Origin: Amoebophrya sp. A120
Taxonomy: Eukaryota > Protista > Dinoflagellata
Assembly: GCA_905178155.1 (NCBI GenBank)
Contig: CAJINV010000024.1
Span: 440,689 to 504,688, forward strand
DNA length: 64,000 nucleotides
Direction of reading: 5' to 3'
In this document: positions 1 through 12,200 of the stretch, piece by piece
Numbering within the stretch: the stretch's first letter is position 1
Layout: every line of letters begins with the position of its first letter
Notes under the pieces: generated by a model
Databases searched by the model: none
What the model saw: the letters and a program-made list of their open reading frames with translations, nothing else
What the model was told of the DNA's origin: nothing
Made by a program: the position numbers and the translations under genes

Positions 1-280
1 TACAGCATGACAGCATGACATCGTGTTTTCCCTCTTCCAGAGTTCTTGCCAAGCGAGTCAGGATTCGTGCAGTTTAGCACTTTGCGCGTTTACAATCAAC
101 GTCGTTGTCCAGCACGATAAATAAAAAGCCGGCCACTCGCATTCATGCAACCGATCGTGTTGACTTTCAAATCTTGCAGCAAAATATCCAGCCCCAGACA
201 CGTTTTGTGCAATGTATGCATACGAAAATAACTAGCATTTACTTCGCGTGAACACCGTTGTAAGCGTCGACGAACAGAAC

Positions 281-3200
281 ATGAAGCGGAATTCCACCGC
301 GAAGGCCTCTGCACCACCCGGCGCAACCTCGGCTACCGGCAGGAGCACTTCATCAACACGGCAGATTCGCAATGCGGCAGGCATTGAGAAGCAGATCGCG
401 TTTGATCCCGAAAAAGTCACAAAGCTGCGGTGAGAAAAATGTTGGGGCAAAAGATACACATGTGCTGGAAAAAATTTACCCATACGCAGTTCATGCGCAT
501 TACAATCACATTGGAATTGACTATCGCCGGTCGTGCAAAATGAAAATATATAATGTAAAATGCAGGGCACTCCATGGATTTTGTAAATACTAGGTGCATG
601 AGCTTTCGACGTTGTTCTATTGCCTCAAAATTTTGTTTCCCAGCATACATAATCAAGGACCTCTACAGCTGGACCATGCTTGACAGCTTCTTTGACGGGG
701 ATCAGTTAGTTCCGCCACCGAATCGCGTCAAGTGGCTGGTGGTCAAGCACGAGGCGGCAGCAGAAAAGGCAACCGAGGTAAGTACTAAGACGAAGAGCTT
801 TGTCTTTGACATGCTGCCTGGTATTCTGTGTACTTAAAAACGGCCCCACCCCCCCAGAGTCAAGATCGTAATTCTGCAACACAAACCGCCAAGTTTTAGG
901 AATCGCGCATGACAAGTTTCTCATTCTCTTCGCACTGTAGTGTTGATTAGCGAGGGCAGCCGCATCACAAAGACGCGCGGTTATCATCTTTACAGCATCG
1001 CAAAATCCAGAATACGACTAAAACTTGGAATTCCTTTCGTGGGGATGCGCGTTGCAAATCTTTCTGTCACTGCAAATCTGTGTGACAACTTTGGGATTTT
1101 TACTCAGGATACGTGGCACTTTCTATATTTTTTTTCATATCGCAGTCCCAGTCGCCTATTGATAAGAAAGACGAAAAGAGCGGCATACTTACACAGTTTT
1201 TTGATCCGTTTTGCACACTCAAATTGGATTTCAAAATTTCTTAACACAGGCCAGCGCAGACAATCAAGACTTCGATGAGAACGAGCAAAGCGAGTCCCTT
1301 TCCGAGCGTCTTCTCATGGAGGATGTGGTCGCGCAGCCATCATTCGGCGCGGACGGTGAACCCCGGCTTGCGGATATCAATCGAAAATAATTCTGGGTCT
1401 GGAAGAGTGCAGATATTTGTGTTTGTCATGCCGTTTTTGCATATCACTATCACAGGAAATCAGGCATGAAAGGCCTCAAATGACGGGTTTGCAGAACGCT
1501 GCGCAATGCCTAATTCGCATTACAAATCCACTCTTTCAATGGCAGGAAAAAGTGTGCAACTGCTGCTGGCCATGCATGACAATTTCTTACGTAGGCTGGT
1601 GGAATGCGCATGACAAATGTAGTGCACTTTTCCAGGAGGCTCGGACAGACTTGCAATGCATAGTGGATGACGAAGAGCTAATTGATTGGGACGACCAGAA
1701 CGTGGCCTACCAGTTTATGCAAAAAAAGCGTTACAGTCACACGACGTTGCGTCGCAAAAAAAGGATGCAAAACAAACAACGTTTGTCATGCGCAGAATGC
1801 TTGCGAGCCTCTCGCTTCATGTGTGTTGTGCCTCACATATCTCTGCATTGCAATTTTCTCTGTCATGCGAGTCAAGTTTGTGATGCTGAATTCACTACAA
1901 ATGCCTAAGGCTAACTGTCACACTTTTTTTCCTTTGATGCAGTTCATCGTCACTACACTACACCTATCCTCTGCAAATATGATAGTTTTAGGGACGTGTT
2001 GGAAACTGCGTGTCTGTCATGCAAGTTGGAGGAAAAACCAAAACGTCGTCTTAGAATTGCATACTAATATTTCCATCAAATCCAGCATGACAAACTGCCT
2101 AGCTTGTCGCAATTGTGCCTAGAAGCATCATGACGGACATAAAAGTTTCTCTGGCATTGCCAACCTTACCCTGCATACGCCGAGCCTGTCATCGTGATGC
2201 CGCAGCATGAAGAATTCGTTACCAGTGTTGATGAAGGAACCTTGCTGGATCGCGCTTTCGAGGCCCTGACACTGGACGACGCCCGCTCCTTTGTCTTCGA
2301 CGAGATCTACATGTGCAAAAGCGTAGACGGCGAAAAGGTGTTTGATAGAATGTTGAAGAAGGTGCCCCCACGGTGGAAAGAGCACCGGGTTTATTCGTTG
2401 CGGGATATTGTAATGGGCGACCCGGTAGCGGTGTATTTCCCCGTGTGGACGAAGGTAGCACACAAGTATTTGTCCGATCGCGGGCCTGAAGAAAATAATC
2501 CTCGCATCCCGATAAACCGCAACTGTTGTTACGCAGTTTTGGAGCTTCCCGACAAAGAAGTCGAAAAACACGTGCGCGGGTCGGGGGGCATCGCGTTCAC
2601 CGAGGCACACCGGAAAGAGTACGCAAGGACCATCATGCAGCACCTTTGGCGTGGACGCGTATTTTTTCCGGACGAGCTTGTGCGGAAAGCAATGTGCTGG
2701 GCAGACTACAAAGTGGAGGACGCAGTGACAGACCTGTGCGAAGCTGCTGCAAATTTCGTATCCAATGCAAATTTGTCTGGGTCCACCTCTGGAAAGATGC
2801 GGACGATTTATCGTGGGGGCCGTTGCTTGCCAGAGGCCTCTCTGTCTCCTACGGCATCACCGCATGACAAACTCTCTTCTATCACGGCAAAAGAGTGATC
2901 ACTTTTGCCATTCACGCATGACACATCTCACTGCTCTTCAAATTTTGCATCACAAATCCAGACCCAGACACATTCGCAATGCATCACTTGAAGGTAGCAG
3001 CGAGGAAGCGAACGGCGAGGACGAGCAGCAGTATGCATTGCAAATACGTCTGGGTCTGGGAACGTGTGATGCTGCGTAGCGACTCATGAGGACGCCACAA
3101 GTGACGGCTCAGCATGACAAGTTTTTGAGTTACTATGTGTTGCCTATTCATCAGGAGCATGACAAACTGCGTTTTCGCCAGGCAAACCATGGGGACTATT

Positions 3201-4118
3201 CGTGTTGGATAAAAACGCGCATGACAACAGAGCTAAGCGTCCAAGTGTATGTTAGCTGAGCATGACAAACTTGCATTCGTCCTCCAGATTCAGACATATT
3301 TGCATTTGATAAGCAGCCCGAACGGGCAAAAGTGCGGAAAGTGCTGGCGGTATCAAATGCAGAAATGTCTGGGTCTGGAAGATTGCCAGGTTTGTGATGC
3401 ATATTTTGCATAACTGATAATGCCTGTAAGTAATGCATGACCTAGCAGCGCAGATTTTTAAAGGGCCTTCTGATGCGTATTCCGCATGAGAAATGCGCAC
3501 TCCGCGTAGCACAAACTGAACTCCTCTTGCTGGGCATGCAATGCAGATTTTTTTGGAATCCAAATTTAGCATTACAAATTCCAACCCTCCAGACCCAGAC
3601 CTTTTTGCAGTTCATAGGCGGAGTGTTTGAGTAACGCAAACCCCGAACACTTTTGTCGAGCCCTGGTGTCCTCCTCAAGCCCGATGGAAGACGTGGGAAT
3701 GCTAGCCGCGACAGTTGTAGGAGATATGGGGCAATCTACACTAGAAGGACAACAGACCTGGACGCCGCTTTCGCAGCTATCCGACCTCGACAAGCTAAAT
3801 CTCTTGCAAAACCGCATTGAAGCATTAGCAACTCGCGTCGCCGGACCATGGGCATGGGCAACCCGATGGGATTTTCTGCTGACCGCGTGCCGCGATCTAG
3901 GAGTCCAGACCAGCGGCGATATGTCCTCGCGGCGAAACGAGATGCAGACTCTGGCAGGCCTGCAGGAGAAAGATTTTCCGAAGGTCATGGAAATGCTCGG
4001 GGTTGGTCGGTTCCTGAAGGACACGCTCGGAGAGGATTCAGCGGAGTTGCAGACGATGGTGGAGTTCCTGAAAGACTGCGAGTGGCGGAAGTGGCCGGAA
4101 GTGGTAAATCTTGAATAG
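281..4118 (+). CDS. Multi-exon gene, family 1 (unknown protein, possible ubiquitin-like N-terminus); divergent paralog of 24075-26847 and 27884-30657
   Basis: Frame stays open after removing TIR inserts 426-647, 1375-1662, 1716-1939, 1965-2177, 2759-2985, 3032-3311, 3351-3616 (each plus 5 bp) and GT-AG intron 778-1249. KDLYSWTMLDSFFDGDQLVPPPNRVKWLV aligns to ADLCSWSIIEKLFDEDQLLPPLHRIKWFV, and CCYAVLELPDKEVEKHVRGSGGIAFTEAHR to LCFELLDLPLTEWRKHARASGGKAFTDDHR. Confidence 0.8.
778..1249 (+). other. Canonical GT-AG intron containing a nested TIR element
   Basis: GAG|GTAAGT ... TTAACACAG|GCC; phase 0 on both sides keeps the frame. Confidence 0.7.
822..1111. mobile_element. TIR element, family D, nested in canonical intron
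   Basis: TATTCTGTG...ACTCAGGATA; flanks CCTGG/CGTGG. Confidence 0.7.
1375..1662. mobile_element. TIR introner, family A
   Basis: TATCAATCG..CTGGGTCTGGAAGA ... TTGCAATGCATA; DR GCGGA/GTGGA. Confidence 0.8.
1716..1939. mobile_element. TIR introner, degenerate
   Basis: Perfect DR CAGTT/CAGTT; removal gives AYQ-FIV, matching paralog FYQFAV. Confidence 0.75.
3032..3311. mobile_element. TIR introner, family A
   Basis: TATGCATTGCAAATACGTCTGGGTCTGG ... CAGACATATTTGCATTTGATA; DR AGCAG/AGCAG. Confidence 0.9.
3351..3616. mobile_element. TIR introner, family A
   Basis: TATCAAATGCAGAAATGTCTGGGTCTGGA ... TCCAGACCCAGACCTTTTTGCAGTTCATA; DR GGCGG/GGCGG. Confidence 0.9.
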
Positions 4119-6274
4119 ATTTAACTGGACAGCAAGATGCAGAGTTGGTACGTGGACGAAGGGGATTTGGGGATTTTGTCTCTTCGAGGTATAGAATTGC
4201 AGGAGTTTTCCCCTCCTTCATCGAGTGGAATTGAATTTTACAGATCTCGCATGTACTATGTGGTCGGAAGAAAAATATAGAAAGGTGCTGCGACAAGTAA
4301 ATAAGTACGTCCACTGCACAAACCCACCGCTACTTAGAAGAAGGAAATAAGTCAGCGAGTAACTCAGAACCTGCACGCTAGGACATCCTAGCACAACGAG
4401 TGGTTAGGGCCAAAGAGCACACAGTATATTCCCTTTTAACTTTAAGCCTAAGTGCAGTTTTGAACTCTGTGGAATATGATGTACTTCTGGTGAATTACCT
4501 TGCCATCGTTTCCTGCCGGTGCCTGTTTTGTTGTAGAAAGTGGCCGTACTGCTACTGGGCGCATTTGTCTGGAGTGTGTTCCTCGGATATCTGCCGAGAT
4601 AGAGAGAGCGAAAAACAAAAAGCAAACCGAATCCGTTCCGTTACGTGCCTATCAATCTAATATCAGCACGATCCAAAATGCCCTCAATCTAATATCAGGC
4701 CCTTTTTCATCTCGCTCTTCACGATCCAAAATGCCCTTAGCAAGCGAATACGTTGGACATATTAGACCGCGTCTCCATACGGCAAGTGCGCGTTGATCTC
4801 ATCATGTTTTGACGCCACTTTTCGGCTAGGATCCTTCGACGAAAAAAGTAAATAAGTTGCGCCCGGTCTGTGCTCCCGAAGGTATCATGACAATCCCGTT
4901 ATAGACAACCATATGTGACCGTGACATTTCTTGTGAGAGGAAAACTTCTGTTCTTTCTTTTTGTGTGCCATTACATGTTGATCGAGCCTACCTCGTAATC
5001 CGCAACATAACCGAGAGCGAAAGCGGTGTCAGTGCAACGCAGACCATTGTCCGTCGGCTTTTTTGCTTTCGCCATTCTTCGAGAACTATCGCTTCGACGT
5101 TTTTTCGCTTTGGCTTTCGAATCGAAGTAGCGAGAAGCCCTTCCTTCCATTTCTTCATCATCGTTGACAGATTCTCCATAATCAACAAAACACCAACAGT
5201 GAAGCTTTTTTTCCAGGTGGGGAAAAATCTACGAAAAAGAATTCACATCTTGAAGAACAGTAAATGTACCAAAACTTAAAATTACAACTTTTCAAAATTA
5301 CAACCGGTAAGAAATAAACGGAAAATTTACAATTTATACCCAGAGAACTACAAGCTAAAGCTTTTGCTTCTGATCGCTTAACAAGCTTTTGTAAGTACTG
5401 TTTGCGAAACGAAATATAGCACGCAAAGCCCTCGTCGTGTCCCCATGCACATTGATTGAAAATACAGCTCCACGTCCACTTGCATCCGTGGAAGATACCT
5501 AAAAATATTGTGATTGTATTCAAACTTCCCTTTAGCATTTTACCTTTGGACTTACAATACTATACGCTTCCCAGTGAGATTCCAAGTAGTTTAACTTATA
5601 ACTTTTTCAAAAAGGCAACACATATTTGGTCCAGCAGCTCCTGAGCGGCTTTCACGACTGCCTGCAGCCTTACTCGTAACGGAGAAATCCGCACAAATTC
5701 TGGCTGTACTTGGCACAGCTCGCAAGACCTACGATTCCTTTTCCGCGTTCGCGTGCAATCAGCCTTTTCCGCGTTCGCGAGTGCCACACGTTAGTTTTTT
5801 TTTCTGTCTCCCCAGAAACAGAAAGAATACGCGACGAATAAGCTCATTAACAGCACGACAGCTGCAGCTGCTCGGGTACTTAAGTATCGTAGTCACTTCG
5901 TTATCACCGATTCAGGCACCGCTGCGAAGCGTCCTGTTTATAATCTTACAAAAATTTTTCAACGACAAGCACTAAAAAACTTTCAAAACGCCATGATGGA
6001 TAGCAAGCTATAAACTATCGAAGCAGATTTCACTGTACAGACAGTATCGGGAAGCCCATAAATCAACTCGATTTCAAACCAACCGTCGCAGGAGGTGTCA
6101 AGTGGCTTTCTGTTGCCCAAAGGTGCTTCCTGCTTCAACTGGTCGCAAAGCGAGGATAAGGGGACAGTGTTACGTCGTGTATTTTTATACATACGATTTG
6201 TACAGTGACTGATATTTATATCAACGCCGTATTAATTAGTGCTTGTTTCAGCAAGCAAGGACGAAAAGATCAAG

Positions 6275-9200
6275 ATGCCGCCCAAGGCAGCGGGACCAGC
6301 TGCGGCTCAAGCTGCACAGATCAAGCTGCCGAGCCCGGTAATCGAAGCGCCTATGCAGATATCAAATGCAAAAGTGTGTGGGTCTGGAAGATTGCAAACT
6401 TGTGATGCTGTGTTTGGATTCTAAAAAAAATTGTATTGCATGACCAGCAAGAGGACTCCAGTTTCCCCTACGCGGAGAGGGCATTTCTCATGCGGTAGAG
6501 GTATCGCAAAGCCCTCTAAAAATCTGTGATGCTACGGCATTCATCACAGACATCATGGCTCATGGAAAATATGCATGACAAATCTAGAAATCTTCCAGAC
6601 CCACACACTTTTGCATTTGATGGCAGTTGCGTGACAGCGCGGTCAAGATTCCCGGGGAAGAGGCAAAGATCAACAACCGGGTCTTCCTATGGCGCAGAGA
6701 AATTCACTCGCGCCAGATAAAAACCAAAGTCGGGCCGCGGCCGTTCGTGCCACCAAAAAAAATTCTCTTTGGAGGGTTTCAGCGCGAAAACGAACTGCTT
6801 TTAGCATTACAAACTGCGCGCGGTATTCCTGAAAATTGCCGATGTCTCCATACCTCGTCTCCCCATTCTTACAGAGTCAGTTTTTGGTGGCGCGACTTGT
6901 TCAGCAAATCAAAGTTGGTCTTTGTCTGGTGCGGGCGTTCTTTTCCGGCGAATACTTCGAGTGCCATCACCTGCAAGTGATGACGCCGACGGACGAGCCG
7001 GATTGGCAAGGGCCGGCGGTCAACGGTGCAGCATATGAAGTGTGAGAAAATATGTTGTCACGGCACTATGAGCAACGTGTAGACTATTTTGACTTTGGCT
7101 GCGGCGTGTTTGTAGGTTTATCAACTTTCTAGCGTGTGCAGCACCACGATGGGAGTCAGTGTTGATCTGTGCTACAGATCAACACTGACTGTGATGCAGC
7201 GTAGTTCTTATGCATGATCATTCTGAATTCGAGACGGAGACATGCAGTACTTGATCAAGGAACAGGGATCAGTTGTACACCTTGCTTGTACTACCGTGAA
7301 AGCGTCTTTCTAGTGCATATCGAGCAAACGATTCCGTACAAAAAAGCGGAGCACCTTATGGAATTCTCAAATATCACATTCTCCACTGTTACAAGATTTG
7401 TCATGCAAAATTGCAATCAGAATCGGAACGATCAAGCTGCTTCGCATAACAAATTCTCGGAGGGCCAAACAGGCCGAGAGCCTGCGTAAAATCGGTCACG
7501 CAAGACGCGCAAGGCCGCCCCTTTCACTTTTGCTAGTCTAGCATCACAAAGTCACGTAAAAGGTGAGAACGTAATATTTGAGAACGCCATACACCTGAAA
7601 CTGTCCCTGCCCCGCTATCATAAGGAAAAATCCCCTCTCCCCATATCGAAAAGAAAACTATTGTGATGCTGATTTGTGACGGCAAATCGACTTTGTTGCT
7701 AGAAGGGCAAGAGACGCAGCTGGTCCCTCGTTTGCATGCAATTTGTCATGCTATTTCCCGTTTCCAGTTGCTTCCTGTCAGGCTGAAGACGCAAGGCCTC
7801 CCCACGGCAGACACCACCACAATTCGCGCCTCTTCCTTTGTAGCGTGACAATGAGATTTGTGCTCGCAAATCCAAATCTCTTTGAGTATGGGGAGGGGGG
7901 ATTTTCCCTCTGGATACCCGCGGAGAAGGGGAGTGGAAGGTCGGCCACCTCGGCGCGGGCGCGTTCGGCCATGTCGTACGGTGCGGGAGGAAAAGGCCCG
8001 GCGACCGCGAGAGCGACGTGCGGTACTACGCCATAAAGGTGATCAAGAACATCCGAGACAGGGATCCCAATGAAAAGATCCGGTCGATTCGCGAGGGCAT
8101 CTGGAGCCTCCTGATGAAAAACGGGCTGGTATCCTGAGAAAAAACGTCCCCACCCCAGAGTTGTCATGCAGATTTGCACTTCCAGGAACTGAACATGTGC
8201 ATCCTCAGGAGAACAAGCATTTGCAGTCGTGATTTAGAATTTGTGATGCTGTAAACACGAAGATCAGAGGATGGCTTTGCGATGCAGCTGTCCTTGCTAA
8301 CCCGCATTACAATACAGACAAGATAAAAACTTGTCATGCGTGATTCCCAAAACAGGTGGCTACAACGGATTTGTGTTGCAAAATTCCCATCTTCACTGTG
8401 GGGCGGGAACCTTTTTACACAGGATAGCACGATTACACGGGGATCATCCGGTGCTTCGGCGTGTGGTTCGACCCGTACGCCAACTCGTTTTGCATCCTCA
8501 TGGAAGATATCAAATGCAAATATGTCTGGGTGGTCTGGAAGAAAACAGATAGTTCTTGTCTTGCAGGTCTTTATTCGTGCGCAAAAAGGAGAAGGTGTGG
8601 AATGCGCACAGACGAGCATGACAAATTCTGCAGAAATTACTCCAAGCCTAGACTGCATGAGAAATGCCCTCTCCTGGACACTTAAGTCGGACATTGCAGA
8701 TTTTTTCCTAATTCAGAATCCGCATGAGGACGAGGCGCACGCAACCTTCCAGACCTACTAGACACATTTGAGATCCATAGAGGAGGGAGTCTTCACATTC
8801 GACGACAAGAGAGTCGACGTCGACAACGAGAACGTGAAAGAAATGCTGCCAAGCTGGGTCGGTCAAACGATGTCGGCCTTGAAACGGTTGACGCAGATGA
8901 GAGTGATCCACCGCGATATGAAGGCCCAGAACATGATGCTGGTAGTGGACACAGCGAAGCTCGGCGGCAGACCCTTGCCCGCGAAACACGACGATCGCAT
9001 TTGGCAGTATCTCCGTGCGGTGCTAATGGACTGGGGGTGTGCGAAAGGTATTGACGGGAGGAGATTTTGTAGTAAGGGATTTTTGTAGAATATCTTAACG
9101 GTTTCCTTCTTCTTCATTCCCGATCCAATTCTCACACGACATGCTTGTATCATTTTTCAGGTCGCATCGCTACAGTGCTAAAATTATTCCAACATTTCAT

Positions 9201-12200
9201 CAACGTACCAAAGGCGTCGATGCGAAACCGGGCAAGAATGGAGGGCACTCTCCGAGGGGAACCGTCGGAACGGACGACTACCATCCCCTGGAGTCGAGAT
9301 TCAACATATCGGAGGTAAATGTGTCTGGGTCTGGAAAGTTTGGAACTTTTGATGCTGTCTTCGGAATCTAGAAAAATCTGTATTGCAGCATGACCAGCAA
9401 GAGGAACCCAGTTTATGCCACGCGGAGAGGGCATTTCTCACGCGGAATAAGTATAGGAGAGCCCTTTAAAAATCTGTAATGCTAGGCCATGCATGACAGG
9501 CACCATGTTTGTGGGTCATACAAAATTATACATGAGAAAACCCGGCGATCTTCCAGACGCAGATAACACATTTGCATTTGATACAACAGACGGAACCGTG
9601 AGGAAAATCAAGTGGCAAACGACCTCAACATATACCACGACCTCTGGCCGTTCGGGATGATTTTGTTCGAGTTGCTCTTGCGCTTGAAGTATGGACTGCA
9701 AATATGTCTGGGTCTGGAAATTTGTAATGCTGGGCTGTGAAAAATAGTAAGTGCCCTTCTATGCACAAACAGTCAACTCAAGCCTGTCGTAGGAATATTT
9801 GTGCGGCTCTAAGTCGCGCTTTCTGCATCACGACAGGCTGCGTTTGGGCATGACGCGCATAGCTTCTGGGACGCACCACGAAGTCTTCAGTCATGCCAGA
9901 CAAGCATTACAAACCTTGCATTCTTCCCGACCCAGACGGATTTGCAATGCATATGAACTTCCGGGGAATGCCACTCATAACGGGAGTGATGGAGAGGTGC
10001 GGTTACTGGAGCGCCGAAACCAGGAACTGGATCGAAGAAAATGTAGTAGTAAAATACGAGGGCGAGGACAAAGAATTCGACTCGGAGGTGTGGGAGTACT
10101 ACGCGTGGATCCACTTCTGCAACGTCGCGGGCCGCTCTGTCGACGCGGCGGAGACCGAGGGCACTACCAACACTGCCGCTATCAAATCCAAACTCAGCCG
10201 CTATCAAGTGCAAAAATGTCTGGGTCTGGAAGAATGCACGATTTGTCATGCGTATTTCAATTTCTCATGACCCATGATGCCTGTAATGCATGGCCTAGCT
10301 GCATCGCAGACTTGTAGAGGGCTTCCTGATGCACCTGCCGCACGAGAAATGCCCTGTCCCTATAGCAAAAACTGTACCCCTCTTGCTGGTCATGCAATAC
10401 AAATTTTTTAGAGTCCAAAACCAGCATGACAAGTTGCAATCTTCCAGACCCAGACACTTTTGCAGTTGATAGCCGTGAGCAGGTGAAGGCGATAAGCAGG
10501 GTCACCAAGGAGCTGCAGCAGGAGGCGGCGCAGAAGGATCCCAAGATCGCGCAGCTGGCGTATGGGTTCTCAAACGTTATATTCCTAGCTGCATTTGCAT
10601 GAATTTGCCATGCAAAATTAACATAAACCACTTCTCGACCAAGCTGCTTTGCGTGACAAATTGCCGAAGGGCTACACAGCCTGTAAATCTGAGCAAAGTC
10701 TGTAATGCGACGCGCGCAAGTACAACCAGCGCCCACGTTTTACTGTTGCTATTATGATTGCATCACAAATTCAACATGTATATAACAGTTGGGAATGTAA
10801 CAGTTGAGAATCCCATATCGCGAGGCAGCTAATGCAGGGTAACCCAACGGACCGCTATAAGGCCTTCAGCAGGGACAAACTGGAAACCGACTACGGGATC
10901 GAAATCCCCAACGACTGGGTGCGAGGTAGCTCCGACGTCGAGGCCGGAGACTTTGGTCACTCGCCGCAGCAGTTGGCCGACAATCTCCAGCCCTTGGCCG
11001 AGCTATGAGAGTGCACGACCCCCTTTCGCCGACCTCATTTGTCACACGACCAAACCGGAATCCGACGTTGGTCTTTCGCATTGTCTTGCATGACAAGTCA
11101 GTGCAAACCCAGCAGCACCACGATAAAGCCGTAAACTTGTCATGCTGCAAAAAAGGACATTTCTCCCGACGTGCTCTCTTTTGCTTCTTCTTTTCTTGTG
11201 CCGTTCAAACGAGGGGAAGGGAGGTCGCGCACCCTCATACGAAGACATGATGGAGCATTACAAGGACGGCGGTCAGAAGTTGAGCCAGCACTTGATCGAC
11301 ATTCTGAAAAACATGACGACCGACCACAACAAGGAAAAGTACTCCGAGCTTTGCAGCCAGCAACAGTTGGCTGAGGCACGGGCCTCGGACTTCTGGGGCG
11401 GGGAGCGACCGCCATGTATTGCACACATCTTACTATAATATCGATGTCAATGATGATCAATGTGTACAGTACTGCAGGTAGTACCTTTTTTGAGGATACC
11501 GTGAAAGAGAACGTACTGAAGTGTTAAAAGAATAGACTGTATTGATGGTGGTGATCGGAATAAATAACGATGCGCAACAATAAATCCATTCATTCTGTTT
11601 TGAAAGTTAGTGAGCTGATATTATGCTCGAAATGATGGAAATAAAAACTGAACCTCTCTACAGACGCTTCCCCCAGCAGGAAGAGCCAGAATCCCAGGAA
11701 CCTGAATCTGGAAGTGATGGTGCCGCCGGCGCCGCCCCGCAACGCGAATGAGGTCAACCCCCTGCCGCTGCCCGGCGTATTCCTGAAGGTGTCCAACGAC
11801 ATGACGCGCGAAATAAGTAACGAGCAGGTGGATTTGCAGATGCTCCTGGACCGCTGGGGCACGGAAAAGCCGACGGACTCGAACACCGGAAAGCAGATGG
11901 GTAAGCAGAAGGTGGACACAAAGAGGAACGAGGGGATGCCCATTATTCGGCTGCGCAAATACAGGGGCCACTGGGAGGACGAAGACACGGTTTTGGTCCA
12001 CAACGCGGAGCAGCTCGCGAAAATGTGTCTCCACTCCGGGGTGTGCAAAGAGCGATTCGGCGGCAGGCCCGAGCTGCAGACCCTGTACCTGTATCAAATG
12101 CAAATATGTCTGGGTCTGGAAGACTGCGAGATCTGTCATGCAGTTTTTGCATGAGCCAGCGCCAGATCGTCTGGCATGCAAGCTCTAGCATCACAGATTT

